A stretch of DNA of 56,138 bases, the filler included, from Diploschistes diacapsis (Eukaryota), in the NCBI GenBank assembly GCA_023645945.1. It is 5 parts of 5 records of this genome, joined end to end, with 100 filler letters (N's around TTAATTAATTAA, not from the genome) between each part and the next. Parts side by side here need not be neighbours in the genome. Positions count along the whole stretch, not along the records: positions 33,794 to 44,920 come from JALAIB010000857.1; positions 45,021 to 56,138 come from JALAIB010000858.1; 3 more parts are not named here. The stretch is one strand, 5' to 3'. Of this stretch, positions 38,151 to 51,169 are shown piece after piece. A program made the translations under genes and the position numbers. The stretch's first letter is position 1. Each line of letters begins with the position of its first letter. The notes below the pieces were generated by a model. The model ran no database searches. It saw only the letters and a list, made by a program, of their open reading frames with translations, and was not told where the DNA came from.

Positions 38151-38682
38151 TGTCGCAGATCATGGGCTTGAGCCCGCTGGAGTGAGCGCAGCTGGAGATG
38201 AATGGATTTTCGATCGAAAAAAGACTATCAGGAGTGGTGTATTAATGTCGCAGGTTGGAGGTACTAGTAAATAGGGTCGTGCAGAGTTTTTGGTGTCGAT
38301 GTATGTTTAACCAGAGGTGATAAAGAACGACTGCGACTGCGACTGCTACTGCCGAAACAAAGCTACCAGTAGGGCACCATAGGGCTGAGTACATTGAGAT
38401 GCAGCAAGCCCATGCGACGCGGTGTCTTTTTCCAGCGCGACCACCACGCATCAGCGCTAACTCCGGAAACGGCCCACTTAAAGCCTTTCCCCTGAGCCCC
38501 TGAAACTGCTTCCTACTTGAGTAAAGGATTTATCGTATGGAATTTTTTAAGCTTTTGTTGATTGCCATAAATTCATGGCTATATCCCTTTAAGGCTCTCT
38601 ACTTTATCGCCAGCCCGAGTGGGCATAGATTCTAATACTAGCTACTCCAGCCTATCGTCCTGCAAGTCAAGGTGTCTTCACT

Positions 38683-39439
38683 ATGAAAGGTGAGACTTTT
38701 CTGTTACCCTGGAGCATCCTTGAGCTCAACATACCAGCTCTACTGCAACGTGTCGCTTCGGCCTCAGTCACTGTGGACAAGCAGCTGGTCTCATCAATTG
38801 GGAAGGGTGTGCTCGTTTTCGCCGCAGTCGCTCCCCATGACACGGAAAAAGAAGTCGAATCTATGGCAAACAAAGTGCTAAGAATGAAGTTGTGGCCAGA
38901 TGCTAACGGAGCAAACGTGGGTGAATACGAATCCGTAGCTTCAGATCTGACATCTTTTGCCAGTGGAAGCAAAGCGTTGTAGATATAGAAGGAGAAGTTC
39001 TGTGTGGTTAGTGCTTATTCTTTGGAGTGATTGTCAGAAGCTTTCAGCGGAGCTTACTTCGAAAGTCTCACAATTTACACTACTCGCTTCTACCAGAAAA
39101 GGCTACAAACCGGACTTTCATGGAGCGGCTGGTGGAGATCATGCCCGCAGTTATTACCAGCATTTCTTCGCCAAGGTGCAAAACTCGTACAAGCCAGAAC
39201 GCGTCAAAGACGGCGTCTTCCAGGCAATGATGGATGTGGCACTTGTCAACGATGGTCCAGTAGGGCACCCCCTGAACTTTATGATAGCTGTGTTACCATG
39301 GCACGCTGAAACCCAACAGGTCACTCTAGAGTTAGAAACTGGCCCGCCCCTTCCTCAAGAAAGCGGAAAGAAGAAGGCTTCTAAAACAGAAGCTCTCAAA
39401 AATTCCGAGAGTCCTTCTGCGGCATCCACTGCTATTTGA
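38683..39439 (+). CDS. DTD1: D-aminoacyl-tRNA deacylase DTD1, multi-exon
   Basis: MKA|LLQRV, SQFTL, KPDFHGA, GVFQAMMDVALVNDGP|VT (Gly-cisPro motif). Confidence 0.93.
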
Positions 39440-39748
39440 TGAAGGCTCTAGAGCGTCAACCCTTAGCGAATAGCTTCCGAGTGCAAGGCTTCACTATAGA
39501 CAATTACTTGCTCGCGCATGATCCCCTATTAGGCAGCTCAATCACCATCTTTTCATCATCAAAGCCAGCGGTATTTCGAAATCAGCGAGTCTCAAGTGGT
39601 TCAACGGTTGAAACTTCGCGCTCACAGGGAGACTCCAGGATTACTGCATTGGTGGAGAGGGCACAAATCCAACTGAACGAGGATTTGAGGTCCTCCCATA
39701 ACTTAATTGCAAGTGCCACCAAGTATCAATCATGCCTGTGTGTCTGGA

Positions 39749-41142
39749 CTAGAAGAAGCTCAACGGCTTTTCAGGAGACTTGTACAACTTTCCGCCTTTC
39801 CAAACATGGGTGACCTTCTTTGGATCGTCTAGCACCTTGATGTCGTCTATTGGATTGTCGGAAAGGACAATAAAGTCGGCATCATACCCTGCTGCTAATT
39901 GGCCTGAGAGCGGAGCTTGCGGGCCCAGCGTCTCTGGAGCGTTGGCTGTTCCGGCCTCGATTGCCCTCAGTGGCGTCATTCCAGCTTCAACTGCGTACAC
40001 GAATTCCTTCCCATTCATCCCATGGTTGAACCCCGACGCCTCTGAACTTATACCAAGGTCGGTCCCGAGCGCACATCTGACTCCTGCTGCAACCTGAGTT
40101 GCCATTAGCTGTCGAATAGCTTGCTACAGACGAGGGTACTTACGGCAGCTGCATAGGCTTTCTTATGAGTATCAGCGATCTCCATCAGCTTCTTATAACT
40201 TTCGGGGGGCATATTCTCCGGATGATCTACGCCGTTTGCGACAATCGACCGGGTAGCGATCAACATAGCTTTCTTTGCCAGCATGAGATCAATAGCTTCT
40301 TTATCAAGATAGCTGCCGTGCTCGATGGTTCGTACACCAGCTTCAAGAGCAGCCATTATTCCCGACTTGCCATGGCAATGTGCCGCGACGATCAAGCTAG
40401 CTCTGGTAGCTTCCTCGACCATCGCCCTTAATTCTGGCGGAGAGAATTGAGGCGCGGTGGGACTGTCTATGCGGCTCATGACTCCACCGGTGGCACACAC
40501 CTTGATGACCTTGGCCCCTCGACGGATCTGAACACGAACAGCCTTCATGCACTCATCAACGCCATCGCACAGGTAGAGCGGCAGGCCGTGATCGATAGTA
40601 TCATTGACCAGGCTTAGCGGCATCGTATGAAGATCTCCGTGCCCTGCCGTTTGACTAATGGGGGCTACCGAAGAGTAGATGTTCGGACCCGGTATCCATC
40701 CCTCGTTCACAGCCTTTGACAGCTCCGCTCCGTATCCCGCAAGCTCACGGACAGAAGTGAAGCCAGCGTTCAGAGTTGCTGCAACATCCCGTGCGCTCCG
40801 GACCCCTGCCAGCGCCTGAGGAAGCAGCACAAGATGGTCGAGATTGGGAGCAGCCTCTCCGAAGAAATGCACGTGACAGTCCCAGAGTCCGGGCATCAAC
40901 ACAGGTACTTTTTTTTGGATGATTAAGTTCCCGAAGATGACCGGAAGCTCCCGCGTCCGACCTGCCCACAGAATCTTGCCCGTTCCGCCCTCTGTTTCGC
41001 TCGGACTATATATGAGCGTAGCAGCCAATATGGGGTCACCTCTCCCAGGTATGAGAAGGTCAGCATCTATACGGTTTCTTGGAGGGTCACTGGGTGGTTC
41101 GATCAAGTGGGCTGGTCTCAGCACCACCTCCCTTTTTGTCAT
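39749..41142 (-). CDS. Metal-dependent amidohydrolase (Xaa-Pro dipeptidase-like subgroup); intron 40094-40143
   Basis: MPGLWDCHVH, IKVCATGGV, AAHCHG, TIEHG, ALGTD, GYDADF motifs. Confidence 0.92.
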
Positions 41143-42519
41143 CTTGAGTCCTGTTTCGCAAACGCGGCGTCTCTTCTATGGTTTTCTATTTTCCACTCGA
41201 GCCTTCCGATTGCAAAAGATGGCCTGTTGCAAAACGCAGAGGTCTCCACTCAAGATCTGCACGACCATGCTCCGTGTGCCGTGCCGCATCCCGCATAGTA
41301 GATTCATTCATAGCAAATCAACGATGCCAATTTTTGTGGGGATGCCTCCGCACGCCCAGAACCCCAAAGCTGCCGGGTCCGTTGTTCACCATCGCAACGG
41401 GGTATTCTTCTACTGCTCCATGCTCGTCGTGCTGCCGTGCATAAATGGCTGGGCGGTTTTGACTTGAACCTGTTCTTTGAGCTGAGAATGAGAAAGTTAC
41501 CAACAGAGCGCTTGGATGTTGAGGACTAAGACTTCATGAAGTGTCTGAGTTGTGTGGGTGGGTGCTAGTCATGAGAACAGCTAATAATAATGGGGCTATT
41601 GGGGGGGGTGTGTGTGTGTGTGTTCATGGCCCCAGGTGCTTTAGCGTAGCGACTCGAAGGGTGGCTGCACGGGGGGTTACCTACTTGTGCCGGCAACAAT
41701 ATACAATATATCGCACTTTAATCACTCTCTAACTTATAGGTATTCTATACGAATACGACTACTACGACTACGAGCACTTGGTGAAAGGTTCCTTATTATT
41801 GTTGACTGGGCTTGCCATAGTCCGGTAATCACCACTAGTCCCCCGAGATGGACCACTTTCGAACACAGTGCCACAAGGTCAGGCGTTGAGACTTCTTGTT
41901 GGGGCAGATTGGAATAGATTGGAATAACGTCATTCGTACCTAAGCACACACAAACTTTTTCTTTATTTTTTTCTTTAGACGCCGTTAGGACTAGTTTCCT
42001 GTTTTTTGCATCTGTCAAATCAACTACTGGGTTGCAATTAGGAAAGCTGCTCCGAGATCTATTTTGCTTTAATGCATGCTTTGCTATTCTGTTTGGCTGA
42101 CATTGCCGGATACTGGGGAACTGCCCGGACAAGGACCCAAAGAGAGCTCCCGGCTTGGAGCTAAGGAATAGGACTAAAAACTCAATACTGGGCAACGTCA
42201 TCCTGCTTGTTACGGTTCAAAGTCTTGTGGTTCTTATGGCATTGGTTTACTCCTTCATTGTTGTTTTCCCCTGGGCTCCAGACGTTTAGCTCTAGAACAA
42301 CTTGATCTAGCGGTGTTGTTCACTGCCTCTCCGAATTTGATCTATCAAGCAAAACTCAAGTCAAATCACTATACACTTTCACAGCCCTCGAACCCCCTAA
42401 TTCGTATTCTGTCTAACCTTATCTGCCTCGATCTGAGCACACCTATCGCGCGATAACTACAACCACCTTCCCAATGAGCGTGTGATACGCTCATTGCGCA
42501 CCGCTATCTCTAATCCCAA

Positions 42520-44920
42520 ATGTCCTCACCTCTTGAGTCAAAGGTGAACCATCCCATCGCTGGCGCATCGCCATTGATGCCCTGCGAACCTTTCGATGTA
42601 CTGGAAAGAAACAACGACCTATCTTCGCTAAGCCCCAAGCGACGAAGGGTTTCCCATTTCCTTGAAATGGGCATCGACGACTACACACCAAAACCTAGCA
42701 GCAACAAACGCCCAAGCCGCCATGTTCGCTTTCAGAGCAAGTCAAACGTCTTCGAAGCGCCAAACTTTGACCGCGAGAAGGCACCAGAGGAAGAAGATTG
42801 GCCTCTGAGTTCGAGGTCGATACCAGATTACTCAGTACCCCTCAAAGAGCCTCTGGAGCCGTTCGAGGGTGCTTCACAATGTCGGCCGCACCCCCGAACC
42901 TCGCCGGCCAGGCTTATAGCCTTCACAATATTCTTCGCGTCCTTGCTCGCTCTGCTGCACAATTCGCCCTTGATCGGTTTTCCTAGTTTCTCGAAATTTG
43001 GCGCAAAAGGCGGCGTGGTAAAAGGTCGAGCAGGGCCCATAAGGGAGGAAGTCGTTCAGGAGAAGAGAGAGCTGGTTGAACGACAAAACAACGTCACAAA
43101 CTATTGTAAAAGATGGAGTCAACAGAGCGCCATGGTCAATGGCACCATATACTTGTACGGCGGGCGGATGACAACGGACGATACCCAGAACTCGCACGAA
43201 TGGAATAACGACTTTCTTTATCTCGATGCTACGAAATCGTGGCAGATTGCTTCACCAGTTCTCGGTGGTCTGGCACAACCTTCAGGCCCACCTGCGGTAG
43301 CGAACGGCTATCTCTGGCACTCCTACACATCATTGTTTCTGTATGGCGGAGAGTACGAGGAAAATCCAGCCACCTCCCCGTCACCGCTTGCAATTTGGGA
43401 ATATGACATCCCTTCGAAGACCTGGAATTCCCACAGCAGCCCTTCAACGTCTCCTGGTAACAATAGCGACGGAGGCAATCAGCCCCTCCAGGATTCTGCA
43501 GAGGGCGCAGGAGTGAGCATACCATCGCTCGGTAGGGGATACTTTTTCGGCGGGCATCAGGACGAATTCACAACTGTGGGATGGTCATACCAGATAGGGC
43601 GCATCTACTTGAAGTCGCTGCTGGAGTTCACGTTTCCGGGATACACAAACAATGGGGTGAAAGGTCTGGCAACAACGCCCGCAGGCAGCGCTGGAGCGTT
43701 CCGCAACATTACGACTGGAGGCAACCAGGGAGGAAACGGCTTTTCCGAGAGGGCGGATGGCGCTCTGGTTTACGTACCCGGCTTCGGACAGCAAGGCCTT
43801 GTTCTTGGTCTGGCGGGTGGGAACAACCAATCGTTCCAGGAAATGAACATCATCGACGTCTACGACATTGCACAGTCCCAATGGTACCAGCAAACCACCT
43901 CTGGCGGCTATCCGAACATGCGCGTCAACCCCTGTGTCGTCGCCGCCTCTGCCCCCGACGGCTCCAGCACGAACGTCTACATGTTCGGTGGCCAGAACCT
44001 CCAGCCCTACGACAACCAGACCCAGTACAACGACATGTGGATCCTCTCTGTCCCGAGCTTCAACTGGATCCAGGTCGACCAGTCCGGTCAATCAGTCCCG
44101 CCGGGCCGCTCCGGCCACTCGTGCGAGATCTGGGACGGCCAGATGATCGTGATGGGCGGTTACGTCGGTTCGGAAATCAGCTGTGAGTCGCCCGGCATCT
44201 TTGTGTTTGACATGACGAACCTCAAATGGCAAAACGACTTCGCCTCCCTCTCCGGCGGCGACCCGCAGAACCAGCAGCCCTCGCAAGCAAATAGTCCCAA
44301 CGCCCTCGCCGGCTCCTACGGCTACCAGGTCCCGGCCGCAGTCCAGTCTGTTATCGGCGGCGCCTCTTCGGGAGGTGCCACGGAAACCGCCCCCGTCGCC
44401 ACCGCAACCGCCGGCCCGCTCGCCACGGGGACCGCAATCATTTATACTGCCACAGGCCCCGCGGGCACTATCGTCACCGAAACGGCGGGCCCAGGCTCCG
44501 TCGTCGTCCCGGCCGGCAGCGTCAACCAAAAATCGGGCCCAAACATCGCCGCCATCGTCGCAGGTACCATCGCCGGCGTGCTGTTTGTCGTGGCCTGCTA
44601 CCTCGCCTTCTGCACGTGGGTGTATCGCCGCCAGCTGCAGCTCTACAAGAACCACGTAGCGGCGGCCCAGCGCGCGGCTGCAGCGCCGCCGAACGAGAAG
44701 ACAGGTTTTTTGGGCACGGGGTTGGGAACGAGCGCGGGGCGCAGCAGCGATGATCCGAGGAGCTCTACCAGCAGGCGGAGCATGGATGCGAGTAGTAGTG
44801 TGCCAAGTAGTCAGCGCGCTGGGGGCAGGGTTGGTGGGGTTGGGGCGCCGCCCGTGCCGCCGCTGCCGGGTGCAAGTGTGGGGACGAGCGCGAGGACGAG
44901 CGCAAGGAACGGGGTGAGGA
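42520..44920 (+). CDS. Kelch/galactose-oxidase-like beta-propeller membrane protein, 3' end cut off by the contig end
   Basis: Repeated GG kelch motifs (YLYGG, FLYGG, FFGG, YMFGG, VMGG); S/T-rich stalk; TM IAAIVAGTIAGVLFVVACYLAF followed by YRR. Confidence 0.85.
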
Positions 44921-45020
44921 NNNNNNNNNNNNNNNNNNNNNNNNNNNNNNNNNNNNNNNNNNNNTTAATTAATTAANNNNNNNNNNNNNNNNNNNNNNNN
45001 NNNNNNNNNNNNNNNNNNNN
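44921..45020. other. Artificial contig spacer
   Basis: Same 100-nt spacer. Confidence 0.99.
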
Positions 45021-45701
45021 CTCCAACAAACCCTTGTACAGCCCCGTCAACCCACCCCCCATTCCCCTCTTCCTCTTCGCCTCCATCTTCTCCCTCTCCC
45101 TCTCCTCCTCTTCAAGCCTCCGCACCTCCTCCTGCTGCGCCCTGTACGCCCCCGTCACAAACTTCTCCTTGTCCGCAAACTCCTCCCCCTCCGCCTCCCG
45201 CTCCTTCGCAAGCATCTTCTCCTTCGCCCGCAGCTGGTCCCGCTTCCTAATCTCGGCGGCCGCGAGGAGGTTGGCCATGTATTTCGGCCCGGCGGGCCCC
45301 TTGGCTTCGGCGGGCTTCGCGTGCAGCGAGTCGTAGACCTCGTCGTAGCTGTAGACGCTCGGGTCGAGAGACTGCGCTGTCACGGCGGCCTTGGCGGCGC
45401 TGTGCGAGGCGGAGAGATTACCATGTTGAACCGTTTGAGACTTTCTGCTTGCGGGGTTGTCGCTGGAGGAGGGTTTGGGTCCGGAGCTGGATTTGGACGG
45501 CGGCGGGGCCGCGGGGGCGTCAAAGGTGTCTATGACTTCCACTGTATCCTTGGGGCCTGTGGACCCATCTTCGGGCCCGTCGTCGCCGTCGTCGTCGCCG
45601 TCGTCGAAGATGGTTTTGCGCTTGGGCTGGGCGGCAAGCCTTGATGCTAAACTGGGTTTCTTCGGCAAGTTTAGGCCGTAGGAAAGCGCAGACGCGGGCA
45701 T
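45021..45701 (-). CDS. NSRP1: Nuclear speckle splicing regulatory protein 1 (CCDC55/DUF2040)-like, 5' part only
   Basis: LSYGL; DPSVYSYDEVYD; PKYMANLLAAAEIRKRD..EREAEGEEFADKEKFVTGAY. Confidence 0.88.
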
Positions 45702-46210
45702 TGCCGAGGGGAGAGAGCTCGACTGAGGCGTCAGGAGTGGGAGAATATCCAGCTCTGTAGAGGTTCGGGAGATACAAGATACACCACTGTGGGGCTTGGA
45801 AACCCTTCTTTCGCCCCAGGTGGCCGCGGCAAGCAGCCAAACGCAGCTTTAGGTGATGCAAGCGGAAACGCTAGGGTCCCTGGGGCTTGGCGAAGTACGG
45901 TGAGGGTGCAGCTAAACACACCCTGCTGCTGATGGAGGCACCTGGAGGCTTGTTTGTTTCAAGCCTGCTTCTGCATCAACTTATCATTGTGCGCTCTCAC
46001 GGCCTAATAGTCCGCTTTGATAAACTCAAGGAGTCAGTCCACTCGTACAGGGAAGATCAAAAATGAAGGAAAGAGATTGACTAGGGCTCAAAGCGGTCCA
46101 AGAAGGCCTACTTTATTGAGTGCTTGCAGCAGCCGATATTGTGTGATCTATGAAATGCACCTCGGAAAAGATACACATATTGATCTCTACTTGCTTGTGT
46201 TTTGCAAAGA

Positions 46211-48903
46211 ATGTCTCTGTTACAAAATGAAGAGTATGTCAATTATGTCTTGCTTTTCTGTTATGCTTGTATTCGCCATTCACTTCTCGGTGTTGAAGCT
46301 GATGAGTTGCCAGTTTCCTAATATGGCAGTTACGTACGTCGTACCTGACCTACAACAAGGATGGGGTCGGCGAGAGGCTCATCAGCCTGGACCCTTCAGC
46401 GCTCTTGAGCGACTCCAGTATACGGAATGCTGGGTATGCTGCCAACCCGGACATCTACAGGACTTACTCTCCCCCCATACCTGTGGCTACAGGGGTGGCT
46501 TCGGAGTACTTTGCCGGTCCTTCAAAGAGCAGTAGCTTCGGGCCGGGAGCGGGGGAGACTGGAATGGGGGGAGGCATGGTTACTGGCAAAGGCAATGGAG
46601 ATACGATTGGACCGGGACCGCAAATTAAGCGTAGAAGACGAAGGGAGCAGCAAGAGGAGGACGATAGTAGTGACTTGAGTGACGAAAGCGACGATGAGGC
46701 CGATACTAGGTATTATTCGAAATGAACAAAATCCCATGATCCTCTGCTGACTATAGAAAGAGCGGCACAGCAGATCAAGTTTGCCAAAATGCCCGTGAGG
46801 ACACGAGCTGGGTCTTCTCCGCCTAACCAGGGAAATGACCGCCATATAACATCTCCTTCACGACAATCAACAGAGGAAAGGATCACAAAAGGCTCTCTGG
46901 ACCCCGTGGATATTGTCAAGCAGCGAGCGAGAAGGGACACTGCCACCAGTAGCGATCTATCATCCGAGAACGAGCTCGACGCTTCCGTCTTTCAACGGCG
47001 ACAGATCAAGCCTTCTCGGCCTACCAGGAACATAACCTTCCTGGACGAACAGACAGAAGAAGAAGAAGAAGAAGAAGAAGAAGAAGAAGAAGAAGACGAC
47101 GAAGAGAATCATGATCCGCGTACTAGGCTAGACAACGTAGCCGAAGAAAGCGAAAAAGGCCATCCTGAATCCGTGACTTCAAGCATGTCCTCGGAATTTG
47201 GGGAGACGGCAGACTCGGAGTCTTTACTAGATGCGGACGACGATCATCTGCGGTCGTCTTCTCTGGCGGACATGATGCCCCCCACTCTCAACATTGCAGC
47301 GCCCCCGTCATCCCCTAGAAAGACGAGGAGCCAAGCGCCAGATCCAATGCAGCCACTCCCTCCACCCCGACCCATCAGTATGGTCCAGGCGGTCAGCGCA
47401 CTTGGTCAAGCAATAAGAGCTCAAAAGTTAAAGCCAAAGAATCCGGTAGAGCTGTTTGCTCGATTCTCTGGTAAAGGTGCCCTGGATCCATTGAATATCA
47501 AAATCTATGCCCCCTTCTCAAGGTTATCCCTCAAGCCTTTTGAACTACCTCTTCAGAAAACGGTGCAGGATAGTGATAACGGAGCGCCTATGAATGTTAG
47601 CGTTGCTGATGCTATCGGACTCTCATTGTGGCGGTATACCGAGGAAAAGCTTGATCCGGCCATTCCACCAGAGAAACAAGATGTCAATCGCTGGACTTTA
47701 CGTATGGTTGATGATGGCGAAGTGGATGATGAATTTCCAGCGTTAAATAGGGCTAGTAATATTACAGATTTCACATCCAACAACAACCGGCCGGCCCGCG
47801 GAAGATCAAGAGGCAAAGCTTTTGACGAGTTTGCCTTGGTCGAGGCGTCAGAGAGTCAGTATCAAGACAACAAGCGCGTCACGCCAAAGTACACCAAGCA
47901 ATTTAACGAATTCGCGAACGATGCCTCAGATTCCAGGGCTGCTACACCGGCTCAGAACGACGTGGAATCTGCAGTCGACGACCATTACTTCAACCCCGTC
48001 ATAAATAAGCCCTTTGCTTTCACCGGCCGCAAAGGTTCGACCGCGACCCTCGACCAACCAGCTCATCCACTAGTGCACTCCACCCCTAGGATGGGCCCTC
48101 CAAAGCTCCTCAAAATCCACTTCACCACTCTCGAAGCCCAATCCCAAAACACCACCGTCGAGGTCACAACGGACACCTACCTCGCGGAAGTAATGGACTC
48201 GGTGTGCAAGCGCTGGAACCTCGATAAAGCACACTACTACCTCCGCGTCTCGGGGACAAATGTCATCGCGCCCTCGGACCGCACGGTTGAAACCCTGGGA
48301 CCACGTAACGATCTCGATCTCGTGCGTCGCCGCTTCGCCAACGCAGGCGCCCACGGTCTTGGATCTTCACCTTCCAGCTCGTCGCCTAACGCGCCCCTAC
48401 TTTTACAATCTGCAGCGACCATGGCGGCGGCTATAGGGAAGAAACCGAAGAAATCCACCCTCGGCTCCAGCTCCATGGGCAGCGGCGGCATCCCACACCC
48501 GCTCTCCAACCAGCAAGATATCTTCACAGCCAATTCCTCCGCCTACAAACGCTACGCCGTGATACGCAAAAACCCCATGTCCTTTACCCCCTCGCAAGCA
48601 CGTACGCTCTTGATCGACGGCGAGTACCTGCACATTCTGCCAGGGGACGCTGCAGGCAAGAATCTTCTCGAGGGCGGCAACGCGCCAGGGAATTCAAAGA
48701 CGGCGATGGTGCCGTTCAGCATGATTGTTGGGTGCAAGGTGAGCAGGAGACACCCCAAGAGTTTCCGGGTGGTAGTTTTTAGAGAGAGGGAGACGAAGAG
48801 GTACGATTTTGAAGCCGGAAGTGTGAGGGAGGCGGCAGAGATTGTCGGGGAGATCAAGAAGGGGATGGAGCCGTTTTTTAGTGCGGGGGTTGATGTTGAT
48901 TGA
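46211..48903 (+). CDS. SIN1: TORC2 subunit Sin1/Avo1; first intron 46234-46313, second near 46710-46756
   Basis: MSLLQNED|FLIWQLRTSYL; CRIM region VADAIGLSLWRY..RWTLRMVDDGEVDDEFPAL; RBD-like segment; PH domain ending KRYDFEA..AAEIV. Confidence 0.93.
47055..47096 (+). repeat. (GAA)n coding microsatellite (polyGlu) in SIN1
   Basis: Direct reading. Confidence 0.9.
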
Positions 48904-49597
48904 GGATAACAGGAGAGAGAAGGTGTCATCAAGCGAGAAGGGCTCGGACAACCAACGTCAAACCCGGGAAGATATCTAACAGCAAGTGGGAAGTGAGAAG
49001 ACGGCAGGGCAATCAGCCGCTTCGAAGCTCTTCTGTTCTGGGAACGACGCGCGAGTCCCTGCTAGCGAACAAATGCATCAGGAAGTCAGGCAGCCCGGCT
49101 CTAAGCTCATTGCAACCGCTCTGAAAAGTTGCATGATTCCTTCAATCATGGCACAGTCCTGCCACTATACGGTGAGTCAAGGTTGGGATAGAAACATGCC
49201 ACACTCGATGTGGCGGGGGAGCGAGGGCGTCTAACACGTTCACATAGACGAGCACGCATAAAGAGTAGCAGGAGGAAGCTGGGCGGAGTGTGCTAAACAT
49301 AAGAGTTCCAGCTATGGAAAATCGAGAACTTGCAGCCAAGATTTAGAACCATGTCCGAATGAAAGTATAGAATATTATGTGAGGAGCACAGCGCTGCGGA
49401 AGTGGAGGACAATCCATTACATTTAGTATGCATTCCTAAAATTCCCATTTCCGACCAAAAAATTGTCAAGACATCGCTTAAGCGAATGCTAGCTCTAATG
49501 CCACTAATGTTCCGCTCGATGCGTCTTGTTTGAAAAGCTTCGTGCAACGCCGGGTCGCTCAATGCAATGATTATACCGCTCTCTCCATCAGCTGCCC

Positions 49598-50620
49598 TCA
49601 AGGCCTAGAAGACAGCTGCGGCTTCGTCTTGTTCCTATCCTGGTACTTGGTCTGATTCTCCATAAACGCTTGGATACTTGCACCCAGCGAGCAATCGACT
49701 TCTGCACACAGCCTCTTCCGCCTCGAAATCGGCAGCTTGCTCGCGAATTCCAGCCCGCTCGCCTTCTCGATGACCTCGACAGGCACCTCAAAGTCCCTCA
49801 GCGGCTTGTCGTTGGAAATCGGCGCATTCGGCAGCACGAACGCGCCCACGCTGACGTTTCCGCCCGTCCGCCCGTCCTCGGCGAAGACGACCTTGTAGAA
49901 ATGCGTGGGCACCGAGACGTTCGGCGGGTTGCCAATCACCTCGTACGAGATCCTCCACCTCCCGTCGCGGTCCTTCCGGGGGAGATACAAGGGTCCCGTG
50001 ACGATACGCACGGACGGGAAATGGTGCGTCAGCCGCCGGCAAAAGTCCTCGAAATGCGCCCAGTAGTCGCGGTTGAAGCCGTCGCCGACCTGCGGACACA
50101 TGTTCGTCAGGAAGAAGGTCGAGTCCATGGCCTCCTGCGACCACTTGGCGTCGGCGGCGGGCACCTGGTGGCCGCGGTCGTAGCCGGAGCGCCGGTAGTC
50201 GTCGAGCTTGGCGCGGAACTTCTCGGGCACGTTGGGATCCTCCGCGAAGTAGGAGTGGCGGCGGTCGCCCTCGCGCAGGGAGAGGGATTGCGGGGTCATG
50301 TGCTCGGCGACCCAGTGCGGGTTGCGCGTGCGCCGGTCGAAGGCGGAGGTGGTGGATGGCGTGGGGTGAAGGTCGGAGATGGGGCCTGGGAAGCCGTATT
50401 GGAAGACGCCGGATGGGTCGACGGGGGCGTTTGCTTTGAGGAGGCGAGCGGCGGCCTCGGTTGCGGGTCGAGGAGCGGGCGGAGCGGCGGGCGAGGGGAT
50501 GGAGGTGGCGGTGGACGTAGCAGGGACCTTGCGGTCTTTGGTTGAGTACAAAGCTGCTGTTGCTGCTGCTCCCGAGAGGGCAGATATTCCGGCTATTACG
50601 GCGAGTGTCGTTTTCGACAT
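49598..50620 (-). CDS. NUC1: Mitochondrial DNA/RNA non-specific nuclease Nuc1/EndoG
   Basis: DRRTRNPHWVAEH, YDRGHQVPAAD catalytic motif, TNMCPQ, FNRDYW, VPTHFYK. Confidence 0.96.
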   Translation of the reverse strand: MSKTTLAVIAGISALSGAAATAALYSTKDRKVPATSTATSIPSPAAPPAPRPATEAAARLLKANAPVDPSGVFQYGFPGPISDLHPTPSTTSAFDRRTRNPHWVAEHMTPQSLSLREGDRRHSYFAEDPNVPEKFRAKLDDYRRSGYDRGHQVPAADAKWSQEAMDSTFFLTNMCPQVGDGFNRDYWAHFEDFCRRLTHHFPSVRIVTGPLYLPRKDRDGRWRISYEVIGNPPNVSVPTHFYKVVFAEDGRTGGNVSVGAFVLPNAPISNDKPLRDFEVPVEVIEKASGLEFASKLPISRRKRLCAEVDCSLGASIQAFMENQTKYQDRNKTKPQLSSRP

Positions 50621-51169
50621 TGTTTTTTTTTTTCCTCTGGGCTGCTGGAGCCCAGTAATGTAGAATATATGAACAAGGACAGTGCTTCTACAAAAGAAAC
50701 AGCCTGAGAAGATCGCGAATTAATATACAGACCAACTTGAAGGCACACTTAAGATGTCGTTGGGCGCGTGCGCATGCCAGCCTGCCAGGTACGCGTGATG
50801 GCGGACAGGAGGAGGACTCTGATAGGTCAATGGGTAGCTGATCCTTTCCTTTTAAAAAAACTCGCACTCAAAGCTACATATAATGCAGCCTTCGATGACT
50901 AGTTTTTACCTCATGGCGGCCGTAGGGAAGTGTACTCTCCGCTTAGGTCTATCTACTGATATTCATCAAAATCACTTCCTAGACGAACCTCTTCACCAGC
51001 GTGACGGATCTATATATCTGCTTAATCCTTCCGCCTTTATTGTCATGCTGATCTAGCTCTACTGCTTTTCTTTGTGCTGAGTGTTGCACACCGCACAACT
51101 CACTACTGCGGCTGTCCAGCTTGTTTGTTACAGGCGGTACTCTGCAGCGGCGCTGCAGCATTGCCACCC

